DNA from: a virus
Taxonomy: Duplodnaviria; Caudoviricetes
Virus record (IMG/VR): IMGVR_UViG_3300025528_000251
Location: 1-31,235 of that record
Length of the DNA: 31,235 nucleotides
Reading direction: 5' to 3' (one strand)
Part shown: one piece after another, positions 26,133-31,235 of the stretch
Numbering within the stretch: position 1 is the stretch's first letter
Layout of the letters: each line of letters starts with the position of its first letter
The notes under the pieces: generated by a model
Told to the model about the DNA's origin: nothing
Databases searched by the model: none
Seen by the model: the letters and a program-made list of their open reading frames with translations, nothing else
Program-made: the position numbers and the translations under genes

Positions 26133-26620
26133 CCAAAGTTCGCCCTCCCGCGTCGTTCTGCGATGCCATCACGCGGATCGCGGCCCACATCGGCTGGGAC
26201 GGCTGTTCAGCAGCGCTCAGCACCGAGACCCGCAAGGTGGCGGAGCGCACCATCCGCAACTGGTCCGACCCAGACACCGAGCCCTGCATTTCCGTAGAGG
26301 ATGCATTGCGGCTTGATCTCGCCTTCCAGGCGGCTGGTGGCATCGGCACGCCGCTGTTCGAGTCCTACGCCCTGAAGCTCGATCGCGAGGCCGAGCGTGC
26401 GCGCCAGAGCCAGCCGTGCCTCATCCACACGACTGCCGCTGCGGCAAAGGAAACGGGCGAGGCCATGCACGCCCTGGTGCTGGCAGGCTCGCCCCATGCC
26501 CATCAACGGGACAAGGCCAGAGCCGCCGCTGAAATTATCGAGGCCATCGAGGCACTGCAGAAAAGCCTGATCGCTCTCGAACTTGCACCCACCCAACCGG
26601 AGAAGGAGGCCGTGCGATGA
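26129..26620 (+). CDS. CII-like phage regulatory protein
   Basis: Follows cro; HTH-like ERTIRNWSDPD; helical C-terminus with AKETGEA. Confidence 0.65.
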   Translation: MTKVRPPASFCDAITRIAAHIGWDGCSAALSTETRKVAERTIRNWSDPDTEPCISVEDALRLDLAFQAAGGIGTPLFESYALKLDREAERARQSQPCLIHTTAAAAKETGEAMHALVLAGSPHAHQRDKARAAAEIIEAIEALQKSLIALELAPTQPEKEAVR

Positions 26621-26940
26621 CCCGCCCCGCCCCTCGCCTGCCGCACATCCGCTGCCCGCATTGCGGTGAGCGGGCGTTTGCGCGCAGCGCGGGAAAGACC
26701 ACCGAGACCTACCGCGAGATTTATTACCACTGCCGGGAGCAGTTGATCTGCGGCCATGTCTTTGTGGTTGGCATGGAGATCCTGCGCACCATTCGCCCGT
26801 CAGCCATGCCCAACCCGGAGATCCGGCTGCCCATCACCGGCTTCCACGCCGCCAACGACCGCACGCCGCCTCCGGCCAACGATGATCAGCCGGAGCCGCT
26901 GCCGCCTGCCGCGAACAGGAGAATTGCCGACACCGGCTAA
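26617..26940 (+). CDS. ogr: Ogr/Delta-like zinc-finger late activator
   Basis: CPHCG...RS...REIYYHC....CGHVFV...IRPSAMPNPEIRLP. Confidence 0.92.
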   Translation: MTRPAPRLPHIRCPHCGERAFARSAGKTTETYREIYYHCREQLICGHVFVVGMEILRTIRPSAMPNPEIRLPITGFHAANDRTPPPANDDQPEPLPPAANRRIADTG

Positions 26941-27063
26941 CGCCCCGCTCTCCCACCAATCCTGACACCTGACTGATTTTCGAACCTGCCCGAACCTGCC
27001 GGGCGGGAAAGGACGAACTTTGCCCAAAGCACTTCCCATCTTCAGCCATCATGGAGGCACGTC

Positions 27064-27852
27064 ATGAGCGAAGGCCGTGCCTGGATGCCGCTGTACGTGG
27101 CCGATTATCTGGCGGACACGCGCCACCTCTCCACCTCCGAGCATGGCGCCTACCTGCTGCTGATCATGCACGCATGGACGAACAACGGGCAGCTCCCGCT
27201 GGATGAAGCCCGCCTTGCCCGCATCGCTGGCCTTAGCAGCCGAGAGTGGTCCGCCTCACGAGACGTCATTCTTGAATTCTTCGCCCGCCATGAAGACGGC
27301 TATCGCAACAAGCGTGTGGATGCCGAACTCACCCGCACGGATGAACTGATCGAGAAACGCCGCCGCGCGGGCAAGGCATCTGCCGCCAGCCGGAGGCAGC
27401 GCAGCGCCAACACATGCTCAACACATGCTGGAACACAGGGGGCAACAAACGCCCCAGAACGCGGCCAGCAAACGGCCAGACCATCACAGTCACCATACGT
27501 TTCAGCATCAGCTTACGCTGCTGCTGAAACTACGCCGGAGCCGCAGCGGCAGCAGCCCCCCGCTCCTCTGAAAATTCCGATTTCGCCCGACTGGCAGCCC
27601 TCGCCTGAGGATCTCGCCTTCGTCGCCATGAACACGCCGGGCTCTGCCTGGTCGCCTGAAAAACTCATGAGGATCACCCATGAATTCGTCGCCCACTACC
27701 GCAGCCGTGGAATTCTCAGCGCTGACTGGTCGGCTGATTTCCGCCGCTGGATCCTGCGCCAACCGCGCTTCGAGCACGCCCATGAGACCCCAAGCCCGGC
27801 CGGGTTCAGCGATCCGATCCTACGCGCCATTGAGGCTGAAATGGGAGCCTGA
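27064..27852 (+). CDS. YdaU/DUF1376-family replication initiator-like protein
   Basis: WMPLYVADYLADTRHLSTSEHGAYLLL, NKRVDAEL; C-terminal DnaT-like PDWQPS...EFVAHY...DWSADFRRWI; GGAGG RBS. Confidence 0.85.
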   Translation: MSEGRAWMPLYVADYLADTRHLSTSEHGAYLLLIMHAWTNNGQLPLDEARLARIAGLSSREWSASRDVILEFFARHEDGYRNKRVDAELTRTDELIEKRRRAGKASAASRRQRSANTCSTHAGTQGATNAPERGQQTARPSQSPYVSASAYAAAETTPEPQRQQPPAPLKIPISPDWQPSPEDLAFVAMNTPGSAWSPEKLMRITHEFVAHYRSRGILSADWSADFRRWILRQPRFEHAHETPSPAGFSDPILRAIEAEMGA

Positions 27853-28375
27853 GGGCTATCTGGAAAGCACCACATTCCTCGGCCTGCCCCACGTGCCGGA
27901 AGCCGCCGTGCCGGCTGCGCTCAGCGCAATTGCCCAGGCGATTTCCCATGCGCAAGTTGGCCTTGCATCCGCCACGCGGCAGGAAGCCCTCAGCCTCATC
28001 GGCACGCTGCGGCTCTCGAAAAATGCGGCCCGCATGCCGGGCGCTGACGGTGAAGGCCGGGTGCGGACGATGCTGGAAGAAGTTGCAGATATTCCTGCCG
28101 ATATTCTTCGCGACGCCGTTCGCGAAATTCGCCTCTCCGGCACAGAGCGGGATGACTGGTTTCCCACCGGCGGCCGAATTCGCGCAGCAGCCGCCGCTGA
28201 AATGACACGTCGCCGCTTGCGGCTCCAGCGCCTGCTGCAATGGCAGGACGAACTGGAACGCCGCGCCCGCGCACAGGCGGAAAATTCCGGCACGCTCACC
28301 GATGCCGAGCGCGCCGAGCTGGACGCAATTCGCCGCCGGCTTAGGCTGCGCGACACCACCGCGAGGGCAGCATGA
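27782..28375 (+). CDS. Hypothetical protein, possible helicase-loader-like partner of the initiator
   Basis: Follows the initiator; DIPADILRDAV...WFPTGGRIR resembles the wfPt..ei motif of phage replication-adjacent proteins; start uncertain (27782, 27830 or 27893). Confidence 0.6.
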   Translation: MRPQARPGSAIRSYAPLRLKWEPEGYLESTTFLGLPHVPEAAVPAALSAIAQAISHAQVGLASATRQEALSLIGTLRLSKNAARMPGADGEGRVRTMLEEVADIPADILRDAVREIRLSGTERDDWFPTGGRIRAAAAAEMTRRRLRLQRLLQWQDELERRARAQAENSGTLTDAERAELDAIRRRLRLRDTTARAA

Positions 28376-28563
28376 AACGCGAGCCATTTCATGTCTATCA
28401 CGCACGCCGCCAGTTGATCCGCGACACCACGTTGCCGACACTGCAAGCGCCCGCCGTCACCGTCCGGCTGCGCCGCTCTCCGCCGCGCCCGCGGGATCTT
28501 CCGATGAAGCTCGCGCTCAGCATTGCCGCCGTGTTCGCGGTTCTTCTCGAAAGGATCTCCTGA
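28372..28563 (+). CDS. Hypothetical protein (63 aa, hydrophobic C-terminus)
   Basis: ATGA overlap upstream and TGATG overlap downstream. Confidence 0.65.
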   Translation: MKREPFHVYHARRQLIRDTTLPTLQAPAVTVRLRRSPPRPRDLPMKLALSIAAVFAVLLERIS

Positions 28564-28856
28564 TGTCTGCTGACACCCGCACCTTTACCGGGCCGGACGG
28601 CATGATCATCAGCGCCATGCTCGATCATGACAACGCACATCAACCCGCCCTCACCCTCATCGGCTGGCGCGAGGATCACCCCTGCGTTGAGGTCACCTAT
28701 TCCTGGGGCAATGACGAACAGATCTCCGGCCTGCCGCCCGAGTTCTGGTGCATCACGATGCTGCGCAGTCTGACTGCAGCGCAGGCCGTGCGCATCATCC
28801 AGTCCGCCCTGTCGGGCGGCCCGTCCGTCACCATCACCCGGAGGCCCCGGCCGTGA
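28563..28856 (+). CDS. Hypothetical protein (97 aa)
   Basis: AAGGA RBS, ATG 28563, coupled to both neighbours. Confidence 0.65.
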   Translation: MSADTRTFTGPDGMIISAMLDHDNAHQPALTLIGWREDHPCVEVTYSWGNDEQISGLPPEFWCITMLRSLTAAQAVRIIQSALSGGPSVTITRRPRP

Positions 28857-29041
28857 CCTGCGCCTGCGATTTCACCGTGGTGCGCTGCACGATCTGCGGC
28901 GCCACCGGCAAACTTGTCCTGAAATACAACCGGCAGGGATTTCTCACCCACGCCTGGCTGCCGGAAGGCTGGCGGCAGGCGCACGACAAAACCACCTGCC
29001 CGAATTGCTCTGCAGAGGAGGCCCACGCATGTCCGCCCTGA
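28853..29041 (+). CDS. Small Cys-rich (zinc-ribbon-like) protein
   Basis: GTGA overlap; CxC, CxxC, LPEGW, CxxC. Confidence 0.65.
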   Translation: MTCACDFTVVRCTICGATGKLVLKYNRQGFLTHAWLPEGWRQAHDKTTCPNCSAEEAHACPP

Positions 29042-29355
29042 TTGATCTCGACCGCAAACTCACCCGCGCTGCGGAACGCGGCAAGGGCATCCACCTCACG
29101 CCAGAGATGCTCGACACCATCGTCTCGCTAGGCATCCTCGAACGCATCAGCGAGGCCAAGGCAGAACTCTTGAAGGAACACGCACGGAGGCGACAATCAT
29201 TAAAGGCGGCATCTACCAGCGCGGATCGTTTTGGCTCGATTTTGAGCGTGGGCGAGACGGAAAGCCCAAGAGCGGCAACCTTTACATCTGGTGGTACGAC
29301 AAAGAGCGTGGACGCCAGTGCCGGAAGACGACGGGCACAGCTGACGTTCGAGTAG
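29029..29355 (+). CDS. Probable excisionase / recombination directionality factor
   Basis: GAGGAGG RBS; small gene directly upstream of and overlapping the integrase; function inferred from position only. Confidence 0.5.
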   Translation: MSALIDLDRKLTRAAERGKGIHLTPEMLDTIVSLGILERISEAKAELLKEHARRRQSLKAASTSADRFGSILSVGETESPRAATFTSGGTTKSVDASAGRRRAQLTFE

Positions 29356-30464
29356 CCTGCGACCGGCTGGACGAGCATTATCTCTCCACCTTCCGGCCGA
29401 CCGCGAAAGATCAGGCGATTTACGATGTCAGCATGGCCATGCTGGACTATTACCTCGAGCATGGCTCCAAGCAGGCCAGTGCCGAGGCGATCAAGGCGCG
29501 CCTCAAGCACATGCAGCGTTTCATCGATCGCGAGGTGAAGGCCGGGCGTCTGAGCGACCCGGTAATGCCCAACATGATCGACAACAACTTCCTCAACCGC
29601 TTCCGCGAACGGCTGCTGTCGGAGCCGATCGTCGCGCGCAAGAAAAACGACAAGGGCGAATGGGTGGCGGGCAAATCCCGCCCCCGCTCACCGGCCACGG
29701 TCGAGGAAAGCATCATTCAGCTGAAGGCGGCCCTGAACCATGCCTGGCAGAACCGGCGCATCCTTTACGTGCCGCCGATCAAGCACAAGACGCGGCCAGA
29801 AGTGTCGGCTGCGCGCACCGAGCGCATCACGGTTGCGCAGATGGCGGAGATGCTGGATTACACCCAGAGCGGCGCGGGCAACTACGCAGGCCACCCGGCC
29901 CGCCTGCTGCCGCTGCGGCGCTATCTGATCGCAGCCATCTGCACCCTCGCCCGGCCTGACGCCATCATGGACATGAGCGTGCGGCCGGAGCGTCAGCAGT
30001 GGCTGCGCGAGGATCGCCGCTTCGCCCTTAACCCCGTGGGCCGCATCCAGACCAAAAAGCACCGCCCGGTCATCGTCGTGAACGACCTGCTGGAAGAGTG
30101 GCTGTGCGCGACGCAGGACTGGTTCGTCTGCAAGGAAAAGGTCACCGTGGACCCGAAAACCGGCCAAGAGATCATTATCCAGACCGGCGTTGCCTCCATC
30201 CGCTCCGCCTGGGACACCATGCGTGAGACGCTGAAGCTGCCCCAGACATGGGGGCCGAAGCTGCTGCGCCACTCCATGGCCACCGAACTCCGCCGCCGCG
30301 GCGTCGACCCATGGGAACTCGCCGGCCAGCTCGGCCACCGCGTGCTCAAAACCTCAGAACTCTACGCCGCCTACGATCCCAACTACCTCTCCACCGTGCA
30401 GGCGGGGATTGGAGATGTTGTGGAGGATTTGAGGAGGCTGACGGGAGCTGTTAGCAACCCTTAA
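29196..30464 (+). CDS. int: Tyrosine recombinase (phage integrase); start probably non-canonical (ATC 29196 or ATT 29199)
   Basis: Catalytic R (ARPDAI), K (KKHRP), LLRH, LGH, Y (SELY). The frame is open from 29046; the first ATG is at 29433; GGAGG at 29186-29190 precedes ATC ATT. Confidence 0.85.
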   Translation: MIKGGIYQRGSFWLDFERGRDGKPKSGNLYIWWYDKERGRQCRKTTGTADVRVACDRLDEHYLSTFRPTAKDQAIYDVSMAMLDYYLEHGSKQASAEAIKARLKHMQRFIDREVKAGRLSDPVMPNMIDNNFLNRFRERLLSEPIVARKKNDKGEWVAGKSRPRSPATVEESIIQLKAALNHAWQNRRILYVPPIKHKTRPEVSAARTERITVAQMAEMLDYTQSGAGNYAGHPARLLPLRRYLIAAICTLARPDAIMDMSVRPERQQWLREDRRFALNPVGRIQTKKHRPVIVVNDLLEEWLCATQDWFVCKEKVTVDPKTGQEIIIQTGVASIRSAWDTMRETLKLPQTWGPKLLRHSMATELRRRGVDPWELAGQLGHRVLKTSELYAAYDPNYLSTVQAGIGDVVEDLRRLTGAVSNP

Positions 30465-30606
30465 TAGCGAACTGGCCTAAAATGTCGGATATTGGTGCTG
30501 CCCTACAGACCTTAATGATCGGCATATGGTTAAGTGAATTGAAACGGACGCGCTTTCATATTTCTTGAGCCGTGATCAGCAGGAACGACGCGAGAAAAGA
30601 TATACG

Positions 30607-31140
30607 ATGGGCTACTTCAGTGACCTAATGATCCACGCTGGGGAACAGCGACTTCAACTCAGTGGCCTGGACGGCAAGAAGGTTTGCTCGAACTGCTTTG
30701 CCGACCCGCACCTCTCGGCACTGGTAGTAACGGAGGCCAATGCCGCCCACTGCGATTATTGCGGCGACGAAGGCGAGAGCGTCCGCGCAACTGATCTGAC
30801 CAAGATCCTCGAATATATGCTCCCGCAGATCGATCTCGAATACGATCGAGCCGATGAAGCACTGCCATGCGATCCGGAAACGAAGGACAGGATGTTTTCG
30901 GAATACGAGTTAGACACGCGCACCATGCTCGAGGTGGAGATCGGGCTCGAACTCCCTCGGGACCGTAATGGCGAACTCATGGAAGCGATTGCAGAGGCTA
31001 TGCCCGAGCAGGATTGGTGCTACCGCGATCCGTTAATCGCAATGCCCGCAGAGCAAATTGGAAGCAGTTGGGAAGCCTTTAAAACGGTGGTTAAGCATCG
31101 TCGGCGCTTCTTCTTCCTCCACTACAACGACGCGGAACTA
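30607..31140 (+). pseudogene. HEPN/RES-associated N-terminal-domain protein (probable RES toxin/defence gene), interrupted by an IS
   Basis: VCSNCFADPHL...CDYCG zinc motif, acidic helical region, SWEAFKTVVKHRRRFFF; the frame runs into IS sequence at 31141 and stops at 31185. Confidence 0.7.
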
Positions 31141-31235
31141 GGGTCCGGACCCATAAACAGGATTCACATGGTTGCCGCGATGTGATTCACCTGCCTTTGG
31201 CGAGGAGGCACCATCGATGGCGGATTTCTTCTGGT
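31141..31235 (+). mobile_element. Left end of an IS5-family (IS427-like group) insertion sequence
   Basis: After CTA: GGGTCCGGACCCATAAA terminus, GAGGAGG RBS (31202-31208), then ATG 31217 giving MADFFW, which resembles the MSDLFWL start of these transposases; only 95 bp visible. Confidence 0.75.

Larger units (their letters stand above)
54..31140. mobile_element. P2-like (myovirus) prophage integrated at tRNA-Val(GAC); right att outside the window
   Basis: tRNA fragment at left, complete head/tail/lysis gene set, repressor switch, tyrosine integrase near the right end. Confidence 0.95.

Noticed and set aside
26982-26995. Second LexA box
   Set aside because: Spacing is GAAC-N6-GAAC, not N7
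29199-29205. ATTAAAG as a programmed -1 slippery site joining xis to int
   Set aside because: It does not fit X XXY YYZ (A TTA AAG); kept only as a weak alternative
30601-30606. TATACG as a CI operator at the RES gene start
   Set aside because: Only one half-site, with no matching CGTATA; could be chance

Overview
Most of this window is one GC-rich temperate prophage, probably from an alphaproteobacterium of the sphingomonad type (inferred from composition, the GAAC-N7-GAAC box and the IS type). It is integrated in a tRNA-Val(GAC) gene. The displaced 3' half of that tRNA (54-102, minus strand) and its terminator mark the left boundary; the right att is outside the window. Order: att, AT-rich RloA/RloB (ABC ATPase + TOPRIM) defence pair, P2-type cos, P2-like head, lysis and contractile-tail genes with a rearranged baseplate region (S | J I H G dam | V W FI FII E/E' T U D), a membrane protein, a lambdoid cI/cro/cII switch, ogr, a YdaU-type initiator instead of P2 gpA, small genes, xis, a tyrosine integrase, and a HEPN/RES-type gene cut by an IS5-family element at the window edge. 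The most unusual observations are: (1) a perfect alphaproteobacterial LexA box in the att arm between an IHF site and arm-type repeats; (2) an integrase whose apparent N-terminal domain has no ATG/GTG/TTG start; (3) a WYL-like insertion in tail completion protein S; (4) a repeated TGGAGAGG-N3-CCTCTCCA palindrome at a fixed distance from late-gene starts, suggesting leaderless late mRNAs; (5) a five-hairpin leader before the methylase; (6) two unannotated, translationally coupled micro membrane peptides in the baseplate operons. All family assignments come from motif recognition by eye; no database search was run.
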